NCBI GenBank assembly: GCA_024959975.1
Contig: JANXFM010000143.1
Coordinates: forward strand, 1-35,951
Direction: 5' to 3'
DNA: 35,951 nt
From: Flavobacteriales bacterium
GTDB taxonomy: Bacteria; Bacteroidota; Bacteroidia; Flavobacteriales; UBA7430
A program made the position numbers and the translations under genes. Below the pieces are notes generated by a model. That model did no database searches and had not been told where the DNA came from. It saw only the letters and a list, made by a program, of their open reading frames with translations. Shown here piece by piece: positions 14,905 to 25,469 of the stretch (the stretch's first letter is position 1; each line of letters opens with the position of its first letter).

Positions 14905-16827
14905 TTGCCCAAAAGAGCAAATTCCATCTTAAGCACAATTGATTCGCCAAGTGATTTAAAAAAACTTGACGTTTCTGAGTTACATCAATTATCTAAAGAG
15001 CTTCGCCAATTTATTATCGATGTCGTTTCGGTAAATGGAGGGCATTTTGGAGCTAGCTTAGGTGTTGTTGAACTTTCAATAGCACTTCACTACGTATTTA
15101 ACACTCCTTACGATGAATTAATATGGGATGTTGGACACCAGGCTTATGGTCATAAAATTCTCACAGGAAGAAGGGATGTTTTTCATACAAACAGAAAATA
15201 CAAAGGCATTAGTGGATTTCCTAAGCGCGATGAAAGCGAATATGATGCTTTTGGTGTTGGACACTCTTCTACATCAATAGGAGCAGCGCTTGGAATGTCA
15301 ATTGCATCTCAACTAAAAGGTGAAAAAGACAAACAACATATTGCCGTAATTGGTGATGGCGCCCTTACTGGTGGGCAAGCTTTTGAGGCTCTTAACCATG
15401 CAGGTATGGCAGACTCTAACATACTTGTTGTATTAAACGACAACTGCATGTCGATCGATCCAAATGTGGGGGCATTAAAAGAATATTTAACCGACATCAC
15501 GACCTCTCATACTTACAACAAGATTAAAGATGAAGTTTGGGATTTACTAGGGAAATTCAGCAAATTTGGACCAAATGCACAGGCGATCGTTCAGAAGATA
15601 GAACATGCCGTTAAATCTTCTATGCTCGAGCAGAGTAATTACTTCGAATCATTAAACTTTAGGTATTTCGGTCCTGTTGATGGTCATGATGTAGAACATA
15701 TGGTCAAAATTTTAGAAGACTTAAAAGATATTCCAGGTCCTAAAATTTTACATTGTGTGACCACAAAAGGTAAAGGCTACCAACCTGCCGAAGAAGGAAA
15801 TAGTACTAAATGGCATGCCCCAGGTTTATTTAACAAAGAAACAGGCAAAATTTTCAGCATAGCAAAAGCTAAAACGGAAGCTCCAAAATATCAAGACGTA
15901 TTTGGACATACCATCATAGAACTTGCAAAAGAAAATGAAAAAATTGTTGGAATTACACCAGCAATGCCAACAGGTTGCTCACTAAAATACATGATGGAAG
16001 AAATTCCTGACAGGGTATTTGACGTTGGTATTGCAGAGCAACATGCTGTAACTTTTTCAGCAGGTATGGCAACTCAGGGATTAATCCCTTTTTGCAATAT
16101 TTATTCTTCATTCATGCAAAGAGCTTTTGACCAGGTAATACATGATGTTGCAATTCAAAAACTAAGTGTGATATTTTGTTTGGATCGTGCAGGTATAGTT
16201 GGAGAAGACGGCCCAACACACCATGGCTCATTTGATATTGCCTATTTCAGATGTATTCCAAATATGATTATCTCCGCACCAATGAATGAGGAGGAATTAA
16301 GAAATTTAATGTTTACAGCTCAAGAAAAAGAACACGGGCCTTTCGCCATCAGATACCCAAGAGGTAAAGGGGTGATGCCGGAATGGAAGACTGAGTTTAA
16401 ATCCATTGAAGTAGGTACGGGGCGTAAACTAAGAACCGGTAAAGACATTGCCATTCTCTCATTCGGTCATGTAGGAAACTATGCTACAGAAGTTTGTAAT
16501 GACTACGACAAAGAAGGTTTCCACATTGCTCATTACGACCTAAGATTTGCTAAGCCTCTTGACCAAAAAATGCTTCACCAGGTATTTGAAAACTATACAC
16601 ACATCATTACCCTTGAGGACGGGTGTATTACCGGAGGTGTGGGGTCTTCAGTTATTGAGTTTATGGCAGACAACCAATACAATGCCTCAGTGTATCGACT
16701 AGGCATACCTGATGAATTTATTGAACATGGCTCTCAGCTACAATTACATGCTGATTGTGGCTATGACAAAGAAAGTATCAAAAAGAAAATAGAGCAGATC
16801 AAGGGCAAACTAAAACTTGCGATATAA
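14905..16827 (+). CDS. dxs: 1-deoxy-D-xylulose-5-phosphate synthase
   Basis: 640 aa with ...GGHFGASLGVVELSIALHYVF...WDVGHQAYGHKILTGR... and the TPP motif IGDGALTGGQAFEALN. A TTG start is forced: in-frame stop at 14890-14892 and no ATG before the conserved N-terminal block. Confidence 0.95.
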   Translation: MPKRANSILSTIDSPSDLKKLDVSELHQLSKELRQFIIDVVSVNGGHFGASLGVVELSIALHYVFNTPYDELIWDVGHQAYGHKILTGRRDVFHTNRKYKGISGFPKRDESEYDAFGVGHSSTSIGAALGMSIASQLKGEKDKQHIAVIGDGALTGGQAFEALNHAGMADSNILVVLNDNCMSIDPNVGALKEYLTDITTSHTYNKIKDEVWDLLGKFSKFGPNAQAIVQKIEHAVKSSMLEQSNYFESLNFRYFGPVDGHDVEHMVKILEDLKDIPGPKILHCVTTKGKGYQPAEEGNSTKWHAPGLFNKETGKIFSIAKAKTEAPKYQDVFGHTIIELAKENEKIVGITPAMPTGCSLKYMMEEIPDRVFDVGIAEQHAVTFSAGMATQGLIPFCNIYSSFMQRAFDQVIHDVAIQKLSVIFCLDRAGIVGEDGPTHHGSFDIAYFRCIPNMIISAPMNEEELRNLMFTAQEKEHGPFAIRYPRGKGVMPEWKTEFKSIEVGTGRKLRTGKDIAILSFGHVGNYATEVCNDYDKEGFHIAHYDLRFAKPLDQKMLHQVFENYTHIITLEDGCITGGVGSSVIEFMADNQYNASVYRLGIPDEFIEHGSQLQLHADCGYDKESIKKKIEQIKGKLKLAI

Positions 16828-16895
16828 ATAAAAACTTGTTTTATTAAATCATTGTTATCCTCAGTAAGATTAATACAAAAAACCCTTTGTCAAAA

Positions 16896-16929
16896 AAAAT
16901 TCCAACCCGCTTAAACGGATTGGAATTTT
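16896..16929. terminator. Bidirectional terminator between convergent dxs and accC
   Basis: 10-bp perfect stem AAAATTCCAA (16896-16905) / TTGGAATTTT (16920-16929) plus an inner CCG/CGG pairing. A/T tracts lie on both sides. Confidence 0.75.
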
Positions 16930-16950
16930 ATGTGATAAATGAAAATCGTG

Positions 16951-18297
16951 TTAGCCCTTAAAGACAAAATCTTCCATAAACTTAGTAGTATAATTTCCAG
17001 ATCTGTAATCTTCGTTATCCATTAATTGTAAGTGGAATGGAATCGTAGTCTTCACGCCTTCAATAGTAAACTCACTCAAAGCTCTTTTCATCTTCTCTAT
17101 AGCCGCATCTCTGGTTTGGGCAACAACAATAAGCTTGGCAATCATTGAATCGTAATAAGGGGGAATAACGTACCCTGAATACACATGTGTATCTACACGT
17201 ACGCCATGACCACCGGGAGCATGATATGTAGTAATCTTACCGGGGCAAGGTCTAAAGTCATTCGTTGGATCCTCAGCATTAATACGACACTCAATAGCAT
17301 GAAGGCTAGGTTCGTAATTTTTGCCAGTAATAGGAATTCCGGCAGCAACTTTTATTTGCTCAGCGATTAAATCGTAGTTAATTACCTCTTCCGTTACCGG
17401 ATGCTCCACCTGAATACGCGTATTCATTTCCATAAAATAGAAATTCCGATCCTTGTCAACTAAAAACTCTACAGTACCGGCACCTTCATATTTTACGGCT
17501 TCGGCAGCTTTTACAGCAGCCTTACCCATACGCTTGCGAAGTTCTTTTGTCATAAATGGAGACGGAGCTTCTTCAGTAAGTTTTTGATGTCTCCTTTGAA
17601 CAGAACAATCTCTTTCAGACAAATGGCAAGCCCTTCCTGTTGAATCACCAATGATTTGTATTTCAATATGACGAGGTTCAACAATTAACTTCTCCATATA
17701 CATAGCATCGTTTCCAAAAGCAGCATCCGCTTCCTGACGAGCAGAATCCCAGGCAGCCTGGAATTGATCTAATTCAAAAACAGCACGCATACCTTTACCA
17801 CCACCACCGGCAGTAGCTTTTAACATGACAGGGAAACCTATTTCAATAGCAAGCTTTTCAGCCTCTTCATAGGTTTCTAAAATACCCTCAGAACCAGGAA
17901 TTGTAGGAACTCCAGCAGCCTTCATAGTTGCCTTGGCATTTGCCTTATCACCCATCCCATCAATCATTTCCGGAGAAGCACCAATAAATTTCAAATTGTT
18001 CTCTTCACAAATTTTCGAGAAATTAGAGTTTTCAGCTAAAAAACCATAACCCGGATGAATTGCATCAGCATTCGTTATTTCTGCTGCAGCAATAATATTA
18101 GGGATTTTTAAATATGAATCTGCACTAGTAGCAGGACCAATACATACGGCTTCATCGGCAAACTTAACATGCAAACTATCTGCATCTGCAGATGAATATA
18201 CTGCAACCGTTTTAATACCCATTTCTCTGACGGTACGAATAACTCGCAACGCTATTTCACCACGATTAGCGATCAAAATTTTCTTAAACATAGTCAT
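16951..18297 (-). CDS. accC: Acetyl-CoA carboxylase, biotin carboxylase subunit
   Basis: 448 aa ATP-grasp protein with [21 protein letters not shown] and [15 protein letters not shown]. Confidence 0.95.
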   Translation of the reverse strand: MTMFKKILIANRGEIALRVIRTVREMGIKTVAVYSSADADSLHVKFADEAVCIGPATSADSYLKIPNIIAAAEITNADAIHPGYGFLAENSNFSKICEENNLKFIGASPEMIDGMGDKANAKATMKAAGVPTIPGSEGILETYEEAEKLAIEIGFPVMLKATAGGGGKGMRAVFELDQFQAAWDSARQEADAAFGNDAMYMEKLIVEPRHIEIQIIGDSTGRACHLSERDCSVQRRHQKLTEEAPSPFMTKELRKRMGKAAVKAAEAVKYEGAGTVEFLVDKDRNFYFMEMNTRIQVEHPVTEEVINYDLIAEQIKVAAGIPITGKNYEPSLHAIECRINAEDPTNDFRPCPGKITTYHAPGGHGVRVDTHVYSGYVIPPYYDSMIAKLIVVAQTRDAAIEKMKRALSEFTIEGVKTTIPFHLQLMDNEDYRSGNYTTKFMEDFVFKG

Positions 18298-18315
18298 CGT
18301 TTATGTTTTAAAAAA

Positions 18316-18828
18316 TTATGAAGGATCTACCAAAAATAATGGCTGATCATATTCGATTGGACTCATGTCTTCTACCAATACTTTTACGATTTTACCAGAA
18401 ACTTCTGACTCGATTTCGTTGAATAATTTCATTGCTTCAACGACACAAACAACCGTTCCACTACTTACTTCATCGCCAACACTTACAAAAGAATCTTTAT
18501 CAGGTGCCGGTTTTCGGTAAAAAGTCCCAATCATTGGCGACTTAATTGTAATGTAATTTGATTCATCAGCAGCAAGGCTGGAAGCCGGTGTTTCGGTCCC
18601 TTCTGGGACAGCAGCAACTACAGGAGCCACTTGAACTGCTACAGGAGCGATTCCCGGTGCTGCAGCGATAGGGATTTGCTGTACGATTGTTTCCACTTGC
18701 CCTTTACCCTTTCTAGGAGGAGTTTTAATTGAAATTTTCATTTCACCAATTTCCAAATCTACTTCGGAAACACCTGACTTAGCAACGAACTTAATCAGTT
18801 CTTGAATTTCTTTGATATCTAATGCCAT
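18316..18828 (-). CDS. accB: Acetyl-CoA carboxylase biotin carboxyl carrier protein
   Basis: 170 aa with an Ala/Pro-rich linker and the biotinylation motif VVEAMKLFNEIE. Confidence 0.93.
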   Translation of the reverse strand: MALDIKEIQELIKFVAKSGVSEVDLEIGEMKISIKTPPRKGKGQVETIVQQIPIAAAPGIAPVAVQVAPVVAAVPEGTETPASSLAADESNYITIKSPMIGTFYRKPAPDKDSFVSVGDEVSSGTVVCVVEAMKLFNEIESEVSGKIVKVLVEDMSPIEYDQPLFLVDPS

Positions 18829-18855
18829 AACAATAATTAATGTTACTTTTTCTTT

Positions 18856-19845
18856 TTAGTATGCCCATTTAAGGTAGATAGAGCCCCAGGTAAAACCGCC
18901 ACCAAAAGCAGCTAATACCAGATTATCCCCTTTATTTAATTTATCTTCCCACTCCCATAAACACAATGGGATTGTTCCGTTTGTTGTATTCCCGTATTTC
19001 TGAATATTCAACATTACCTTTTCTGTTCCAACACCCATTCTACGTGCAGTTGCATCAATAATACGCTTGTTCGCCTGATGCGGAACCAACCAGGCAATAT
19101 CATCACCTGTTAGGTTATTCCGCTCCATAATTTCGGCAGAAACATCTGCCATATTTGTAACCGCAAACTTAAACACGGTTTTACCATCTTGGTAAATATA
19201 ATGCTCTTTTGCGTCAACCGTTTCATGTGTCGAAGGATTTACAGAACCCCCACCTTTCATTTGCAAATAATCTCTTCCAGATCCATCACTTTTTAAAATA
19301 GCATCTTGGATTCCTAAACCTTCTTCATTTGGCTCTAACAATACGGCTCCGGCTCCATCACCAAAGATCACACAAGTTGTCCTTTCCTCATAATTAACAA
19401 TCGATGACATTTTATCAGCACCAACTACAATTACTTTTTTATATGCCCCCGACTCTATGTATTTTGAAGCGGTTGACAAAGAAAATAAAAAACCGGAACA
19501 AGCTGCCATTAAATCAAAAGCAAAAGCATTTTTCGCTCCAACTTTATCTGCAATAATACAGGCTGTAGAAGGAAAAAGCATATCCGGAGTTGCGGTTGCA
19601 CAGATGATCAAATCGATCTCTTCTGCCTTCATATTTTTCTTTTCCAACAATCCTTTAACTGCGTTAGCACCTAAATCTGAAGAGCCTAGACCTTCTCCTT
19701 TAAGGATTCTTCTTTCTTTAATTCCAGTTCGCGAAGTAATCCACTCATCATTAGTATCTACCATAGTAGACAACTCTTGATTTGTTAACTTGTATTCAGG
19801 AACCCAACCGTTAATCCCTGTAATAGCTGCTGTTATTTTACTCAT
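18856..19845 (-). CDS. fabH: Beta-ketoacyl-ACP synthase III
   Basis: 329 aa with active-site Cys in MAACSGFLF, plus VPHQANKRI and YGNTTNGT. Confidence 0.93.
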   Translation of the reverse strand: MSKITAAITGINGWVPEYKLTNQELSTMVDTNDEWITSRTGIKERRILKGEGLGSSDLGANAVKGLLEKKNMKAEEIDLIICATATPDMLFPSTACIIADKVGAKNAFAFDLMAACSGFLFSLSTASKYIESGAYKKVIVVGADKMSSIVNYEERTTCVIFGDGAGAVLLEPNEEGLGIQDAILKSDGSGRDYLQMKGGGSVNPSTHETVDAKEHYIYQDGKTVFKFAVTNMADVSAEIMERNNLTGDDIAWLVPHQANKRIIDATARRMGVGTEKVMLNIQKYGNTTNGTIPLCLWEWEDKLNKGDNLVLAAFGGGFTWGSIYLKWAY

Positions 19846-20783
19846 TCTTGAAATGCTTGTTTAATTTTTTCAGATAGTTTTGCTTGAATGACTTCTGCAG
19901 TATGCAAAAGCATATTTTTTATGGCTTTATCATTGGAAATTCCATGTCCAATCATAACAGTTCCATTAACGCCTAAAATTGGAGTCCCTCCATAGTTTTC
20001 GTAATTAAAACGATCAAAATATTCGTCTTTTAAACCTCTTTTTTTCGTCAACTCATAAAAAGCTTCTGCTTGTTTTAAAACAACATTTCCAGTAAAACCA
20101 TCACAAACGATCACATCAGCACTATCGTTAAACAAATCTCGACCTTCTACATTCCCCACAAAGTTAAATTCTTCTGTGTCTTTCATCAAATTATATGCAG
20201 CCTGACATAATAAATTTCCTTTCCCTTCTTCTTCACCAATATTTAGCAAAGCAACTTTTGGATTTGTAATTCCATGCACATGCTCTACATATAATGAGCC
20301 CAAAATAGCAAATTGATTTAACACATCCGGCTTACAATCGGCATTAATACCTACATCTAAAATTAACCCTACACCACCTTGTTCCTTTGGAAGAATACTT
20401 GTAACAGAAGGTCTAATTACACCAGCTACAGACTTTATCGTATAAAATGCCCCTACTAACATTGCACCTGAATTCCCAGCACTGGCAAAGCCATCAATAG
20501 CTCCTTCTTTTAATAGATTAAAACCAACGGAAATAGAGGATTCAGGCTTTTTCAAAAATGCTTTTGTAGGGTGCTCTCCCATGCCTATAACATCAGGAGC
20601 ATGTACAATATCAAATGCATCGTTGGCAACACGTCCCTTTTCAAGTTCTGTTCTTATCTTTGATTCGTCACCAATCAAAACGACATGCGAACTCTCAGGT
20701 AATTCCTGCAAGGCAAGCAAAGCACCTTTTATAGTTGTCGAAGGAGCAAAATCTCCTCCCATTACGTCTAATCCTATTCGCAT
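19842..20783 (-). CDS. plsX: Phosphate acyltransferase PlsX
   Basis: 313 aa with [14 protein letters not shown]... and ...[12 protein letters not shown]. The stop overlaps the fabH start by 4 nt. Confidence 0.93.
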   Translation of the reverse strand: MRIGLDVMGGDFAPSTTIKGALLALQELPESSHVVLIGDESKIRTELEKGRVANDAFDIVHAPDVIGMGEHPTKAFLKKPESSISVGFNLLKEGAIDGFASAGNSGAMLVGAFYTIKSVAGVIRPSVTSILPKEQGGVGLILDVGINADCKPDVLNQFAILGSLYVEHVHGITNPKVALLNIGEEEGKGNLLCQAAYNLMKDTEEFNFVGNVEGRDLFNDSADVIVCDGFTGNVVLKQAEAFYELTKKRGLKDEYFDRFNYENYGGTPILGVNGTVMIGHGISNDKAIKNMLLHTAEVIQAKLSEKIKQAFQE

Positions 20784-20911
20784 TTCTTGTAAAATAAAAA
20801 TGTAGATCTAAACCTCATAAAACAGGGCTTAAATCTACATAAAATCTTGGTACGTGCAGTAAAACAGAATAAAAAATCACTCAAGAGTGGTAAATTATTT
20901 TGCAAAACGTA

Positions 20912-21088
20912 CTACTCAATAACTACGTTACCTTTGTAATACATTTTTCCCTCATGCCAGTATGCTCTATGATACAAGTGAGCTTCACCGGTAGTAGAAC
21001 ATACAGCTACAGTAGGAGCTTCCGCTTTGTAGTGCGTTCTTCTCTTGTCACGTCTTTGTTTCGATATTTTTCGTTTAGGATGTGCCAT
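20912..21088 (-). CDS. rpmF: 50S ribosomal protein L32
   Basis: Not in the ORF track (58 aa). My own translation from ATG 21088 to TAG 20912 is [58 protein letters not shown], which has the canonical L32 N-terminus. Confidence 0.9.
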   Translation of the reverse strand: MAHPKRKISKQRRDKRRTHYKAEAPTVAVCSTTGEAHLYHRAYWHEGKMYYKGNVVIE

Positions 21089-21094
21089 TTTACG

Positions 21095-21625
21095 CTATTC
21101 TTTATCCGTTAGTAAATTTTTTAATGCCGACCATCGATCATCAACATCATCTTTTTCGTCTTGTTCGTGGTATTCTTCTAATCTTTTCAACACGTCTTCA
21201 TCACAAACCTGCCCATTGGTCTCTTCGTCATGAAACCTTCTGGAAGGCAAACCTAAAGCAATGGTTTCATAAACCATATGAGAAACATTAATTTCATGCT
21301 CATCATTTCCTAAAATCAGGACATCGTCAGTATTATTGAAATCTTCTTGAGAGAATTTCACAATTCTCATTTCCTGATGCTGAAGAGGCAATTTTAACCC
21401 TCCCCCACATCGATCACAAAGACTCTGCATACTGCCTTTTACATGAAATGTTAATTCCATCAAATTTGATCTTTTCGTTAAAATCAAATCAATCTGAAGG
21501 CAACCTTCTTGTAACTCAATGTTGTCAAATTCTTTAAAGAACTTCCCATCAACTTCAAATTGATACGAATGATCTCCCAACTTAAGCCCTACTATGGGTA
21601 TAATGAAATCAGTAAGCGCATCCAT
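21095..21625 (-). CDS. yceD: YceD/DUF177 family protein (the conserved rpmF-upstream gene)
   Basis: Has the CDRCG motif (SLCDRCGGGL) and an acidic C-terminus, in the conserved position upstream of rpmF-plsX. I prefer ATG 21625 (MDALTDF...) because the track's TTG 21649 lies inside a TATCTTTG -7 box. Confidence 0.8.
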   Translation of the reverse strand: MDALTDFIIPIVGLKLGDHSYQFEVDGKFFKEFDNIELQEGCLQIDLILTKRSNLMELTFHVKGSMQSLCDRCGGGLKLPLQHQEMRIVKFSQEDFNNTDDVLILGNDEHEINVSHMVYETIALGLPSRRFHDEETNGQVCDEDVLKRLEEYHEQDEKDDVDDRWSALKNLLTDKE

Positions 21626-21646
21626 TCCTATTAGTTTTTGGGTTTG

Positions 21647-21654
21647 CAAAGATA
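21647..21654 (-). promoter_or_regulatory. -7 promoter box for yceD-rpmF-plsX-fabH-accBC
   Basis: Minus-strand TATCTTTG, 21 nt upstream of ATG 21625. Confidence 0.45.
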
Positions 21655-21711
21655 GAAATATTTTTTGTTAATAAAACTAATCCTTAAGCTCCTATTTCAT
21701 AACAATTTTGG

Positions 21712-22806
21712 CTATCCCCCTTTTTTGGACTTTGATTGCCATTTTTTATTTGATGGTGGGGTTATTGGCAAAGGATTCTCATTTAATTTTAAAAACTCCT
21801 TTCTGTTTTTATACACCTTACAGGCTGCATATACTGCCTCGCGAAATGAAGATTCTTGCGCCTCATTTTTCCCTGCTAAATCGTAAGCCGTTCCATGATC
21901 CGGAGATGTTCTAACAACAGACAACCCCGCAGTAAAATTCACACCTTTATTAAAAGACATGGTCTTAAAAGGTATTAAACCCTGATCGTGATACATAGCC
22001 AATACCGCATCAAACTGCGTAAATGCATCAGAAGCAAAAAAACTATCAGCAGAATAGGGTCCGTAAACCAATTTCCCGGAATCAAAAGCTTTTTTCACAG
22101 CCGGAATAATAAGCTCCTCATCTTCCTTTCCGATAACACCTTTATCTCCACTGTGAGGATTTAAACCCAACACAGCAATTTTCGGTTTTCGAATTTTAAA
22201 ATCACTCTTTAAGGAATAGTCAATTTGCTCTACCTTTTCCAAAATCTTGTCTTCTGAAATAGCCGAAGCAACATCAGCAATAGGAATATGACCCGTAACT
22301 ACTCCTATTCGCAGTGAATCAGCGATCATAAACATCAATGCATCGCCTCCATCAAATTCCTTCGCTAAATACTCAGTATGTCCCGGAAAATTAAACTCTT
22401 CCGACTGAATATTATGTTTATTTATTGGAGCTGTAACCAGCGCATCAACCTCTCCTTTTTTCAAAGCATCAACTGCTGCAGTTAATGACTTTAAAGCATA
22501 CGCTCCGCCTTCGGCAGTTTCCTCACCTAAACTCAATTTCACATCACCATCCCAACAATTAATAAGATTCGCTCTTTTGGAAATTATTTTTGCATTGGGC
22601 TTTACAAAGTTGAAACTGAAGTTTTTCATCCCCATCTCTTTCTGATAAGCCATTGCATAATTTGAAGATGCATAAACCACCGGCGTACATAAATCAAAAA
22701 TGCGATTATCAGAAAATGCTTTCATAATAACCTCTAATCCGATTCCGTTAATATCACCAACAGAAATCCCTAAACGGACTTTCCTTGTTTTTGATTCACT
22801 TCCCAT
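21712..22806 (-). CDS. pdxA: 4-hydroxythreonine-4-phosphate dehydrogenase
   Basis: 364 aa with GDINGIGLEV, FPGHTEYLA and RTSPDHGTAYDLAGK. It starts 4 nt after the pepA stop. Confidence 0.92.
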   Translation of the reverse strand: MGSESKTRKVRLGISVGDINGIGLEVIMKAFSDNRIFDLCTPVVYASSNYAMAYQKEMGMKNFSFNFVKPNAKIISKRANLINCWDGDVKLSLGEETAEGGAYALKSLTAAVDALKKGEVDALVTAPINKHNIQSEEFNFPGHTEYLAKEFDGGDALMFMIADSLRIGVVTGHIPIADVASAISEDKILEKVEQIDYSLKSDFKIRKPKIAVLGLNPHSGDKGVIGKEDEELIIPAVKKAFDSGKLVYGPYSADSFFASDAFTQFDAVLAMYHDQGLIPFKTMSFNKGVNFTAGLSVVRTSPDHGTAYDLAGKNEAQESSFREAVYAACKVYKNRKEFLKLNENPLPITPPSNKKWQSKSKKGG

Positions 22807-22810
22807 TCTT

Positions 22811-24238
22811 TTAATTACTTTTCTTTAATAAATAATCGAACAAAATACGAACTCCTGAGCCAGTACCACCTTTTAATCGATAATAATCATCACCCGAAAT
22901 GAAAGCAGGCCCTGCAATATCTAAATGCATCCAGGGGTAATCGGTAAAATGCTCCAAAAATTTTCCTGCCGTAATCTGCCCTGCTTCTGCGGGACCTAGG
23001 TTAGTCATGTCTGCGATATCCGACTTTAATAAATCGGCATATTCGTCCCAAAAGGGCATCATTGCCAATCTTTCGTACGTAAACTCACCACTTTCGCTTA
23101 ATTCTTGCTGAACCTGAGCATCTGCAGTACCCATGGCAACAATTCCATACTTCCCTATGGCTCTGACTGCTGCTCCAGTTAAAGTAGCAAAATCTATGAC
23201 TAATTCAGGCTCGTATTTCTTTGCATAACATAGGGCATCAGCTAAAACTAAACGACCTTCAGCATCTGTATTTAATACCTCAACCGAAGTGTTGTCCATC
23301 ATATGAATCACATCACCGGGTGCGTAAGCATTACCTCCGGGACGGTTTTCTGTAGCCGGAATCAATCCAACAACATGAATAGGTAACTCAGCCTTTGCAA
23401 TAGCATACAAAATACCTACTACTGAAGCTCCTCCCCCCATATCACATTTCATGATATCCATTGAGTTTTTTGTGGGTTTTAAACTTAAACCACCTGTATC
23501 ATACACAATTCCTTTACCTACTAAAACAATCGGCTTAGAATTCGTGTGGTTTTCCGGCTTATAAGTAAGCACATTAAATGTTGGCGGCTCCAAAGCACCC
23601 TGATTTACCGCGAGTAAACCACCCATTTTTAAAGACTCTATCTGCTTTTTATGAAGAACTTCTACTTTAAACCCGGCCTCTTTACCTAAAGCAATCATGT
23701 CTTCAGAAAACTGAAGTGCAGTTAAATAAGACAATGGTTCATTTACAAGATCACGCGCATGCAAAGCACCCGCAACAACCGCATTCATATCCCGAATAGC
23801 CCTTTCGTCAGCCTGAATATAAATGGCTTTTAAAGAGTTTCTTTTTTTATCGGCATCGGTAAAATATTTCAAAAACTGATAATTCGCCAAAGCCATACCT
23901 TCAGCTACATACAAAGAAAGACTATGATCTGAAGCAGGCACTAATTCAACCTCTTCAAACTGCGCAGCATTACATATTTTCAATAAAGCAGCACCTCTTT
24001 CTCTCGCCTTCTCAAGACGCTTACTTGCGGTTTTTTGTTCTTTAAAACACTCTATAAAGACGCTGCGTGAATACTGATTCAACTGAATAGAAAGCTTATC
24101 TTTCGCTAATTCAGACTTTACAAAATCAAGCTCATTCCTGCTTAAATCAAACTTCGACCAATCTGAATCCGGAGTTCCTAAAATGACCAAATGTCTATTT
24201 ATAGAAGACTCCTCAGCTTTATGTATAATGCTGTACAT
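22811..24238 (-). CDS. pepA: M17 leucyl aminopeptidase
   Basis: 475 aa with VGKGIVYDTGGLSLKP and NTDAEGRLVLADAL. Confidence 0.92.
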   Translation of the reverse strand: MYSIIHKAEESSINRHLVILGTPDSDWSKFDLSRNELDFVKSELAKDKLSIQLNQYSRSVFIECFKEQKTASKRLEKARERGAALLKICNAAQFEEVELVPASDHSLSLYVAEGMALANYQFLKYFTDADKKRNSLKAIYIQADERAIRDMNAVVAGALHARDLVNEPLSYLTALQFSEDMIALGKEAGFKVEVLHKKQIESLKMGGLLAVNQGALEPPTFNVLTYKPENHTNSKPIVLVGKGIVYDTGGLSLKPTKNSMDIMKCDMGGGASVVGILYAIAKAELPIHVVGLIPATENRPGGNAYAPGDVIHMMDNTSVEVLNTDAEGRLVLADALCYAKKYEPELVIDFATLTGAAVRAIGKYGIVAMGTADAQVQQELSESGEFTYERLAMMPFWDEYADLLKSDIADMTNLGPAEAGQITAGKFLEHFTDYPWMHLDIAGPAFISGDDYYRLKGGTGSGVRILFDYLLKKSN

Positions 24239-24245
24239 TTTTTCT

Positions 24246-24253
24246 TAATTTTG
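24246..24253 (+). promoter_or_regulatory. -7 promoter box for the mqnC-like gene
   Basis: TAATTTTG, 22 nt upstream of ATG 24276. Confidence 0.4.
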
Positions 24254-24275
24254 AACTGTAAAAATAGGCATTTTA

Positions 24276-25400
24276 ATGGATACGCAGAAGCTATTAGACA
24301 GGGCATTACAATTTGACAATTTGAGTGCGAAAGAAGGATTATTCCTTTTTAAGAACGCTGCAACATCAGATTTGATGTTTGTTGCAAATACACTTCGCAA
24401 GAAACAAGTGTCCGGCAATAAGGTTACCTGGATTATCGACAGAAATGCCAACACTACAAACGTCTGCATTGCCAATTGTAAATTCTGTAATTTTTTTAGA
24501 ATTCCGGGTCACAAGGAGGCTTACACAACTACCATAGAGGAATACACTCAGAAAATTGAGGAAACCATTCGTTACGGAGGAGAACAATTATTACTTCAAG
24601 GTGGACACCACCCCGATTTAGGATTAGACTTTTACTGCGATTTATTTCGCCAAATAAAAAAGAAATTCCCAAACATTAAGCTTCACGCATTAGGACCACC
24701 GGAAATTGCTCACATTAGCAAAATAGACGGCAAAAGTCATAAAGAAGTTTTAGAAACCTTAATGGAAGCCGGACTCGACAGCTTACCTGGAGCAGGAGCA
24801 GAAATCCTTGACGACAGGGTTCGTAGAATGATTTCAAAAGGAAAATGTGGAGCTCAAGAATGGTTAGATGTGATGCGTGTTGCACATCAATTAAACCTGA
24901 CCACTTCAGCTACGATGATGTTTGGACATATAGAAACCAAACTAGAACGCTTTGAACATCTGGTAAAAATCAGAGAGGTTCAATCTGAAAAGCCTAAAAA
25001 CGCTAAAGGCTTCCTAGCTTTTATTGCCTGGCCATTTCAGGATGATGGGACTTTACTGAAACGCGTTAGAGGAATCTCAAATAATGTTGATGCAGATGAA
25101 TACATTCGCATGGTTGCCTTGTCGAGAATTATGCTCCCGAATGTAAAAAACATTCAAGCATCATGGCTAACTGTTGGTAAAGCAGTGGGACAAATGTGTT
25201 TACACGCAGGCGCTAATGATTTTGGATCCATTATGATTGAAGAGAATGTGGTCTCGGCTGCTGGAGCTCCTCACAGATTTACCTCCTCAACAATTCAAGA
25301 GGCTATTCGCGAAGCAGGATTTGAACCCCAATTGAGAACCCAACAATATGAATACAGAACATTGCCTGAAGTGATGGAAGAACAGGTGATTAATTATTGA
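24276..25400 (+). CDS. mqnC: Radical-SAM menaquinone (futalosine-pathway) enzyme, most like cyclic dehypoxanthinyl futalosine synthase MqnC (MqnE/CofH family not excluded)
   Basis: 374 aa with the CxxxCxxC motif in NVCIANCKFCNF, plus LLLQGGHHPDL, LHALGPPEI, LPGAGAEIL, SATMMFGH and GANDFGSIMIEENVV. Confidence 0.7.
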   Translation: MDTQKLLDRALQFDNLSAKEGLFLFKNAATSDLMFVANTLRKKQVSGNKVTWIIDRNANTTNVCIANCKFCNFFRIPGHKEAYTTTIEEYTQKIEETIRYGGEQLLLQGGHHPDLGLDFYCDLFRQIKKKFPNIKLHALGPPEIAHISKIDGKSHKEVLETLMEAGLDSLPGAGAEILDDRVRRMISKGKCGAQEWLDVMRVAHQLNLTTSATMMFGHIETKLERFEHLVKIREVQSEKPKNAKGFLAFIAWPFQDDGTLLKRVRGISNNVDADEYIRMVALSRIMLPNVKNIQASWLTVGKAVGQMCLHAGANDFGSIMIEENVVSAAGAPHRFTSSTIQEAIREAGFEPQLRTQQYEYRTLPEVMEEQVINY

Positions 25401-25469
25401 TAAGTTAACAGTTGACAATATGCAGTTTGCAGTTAAATTTTTTCCAACAACTAACAACCATCAGCCAAT

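Noticed and set aside
24245-24475. 76-aa minus-strand ORF spanning the pepA/mqnC-like intergenic region and the mqnC-like 5' end.
   Set aside because: It overlaps the strongly supported mqnC-like start and its -7 box. The sequence is hydrophobic and low-complexity with no motif. It is most likely spurious.
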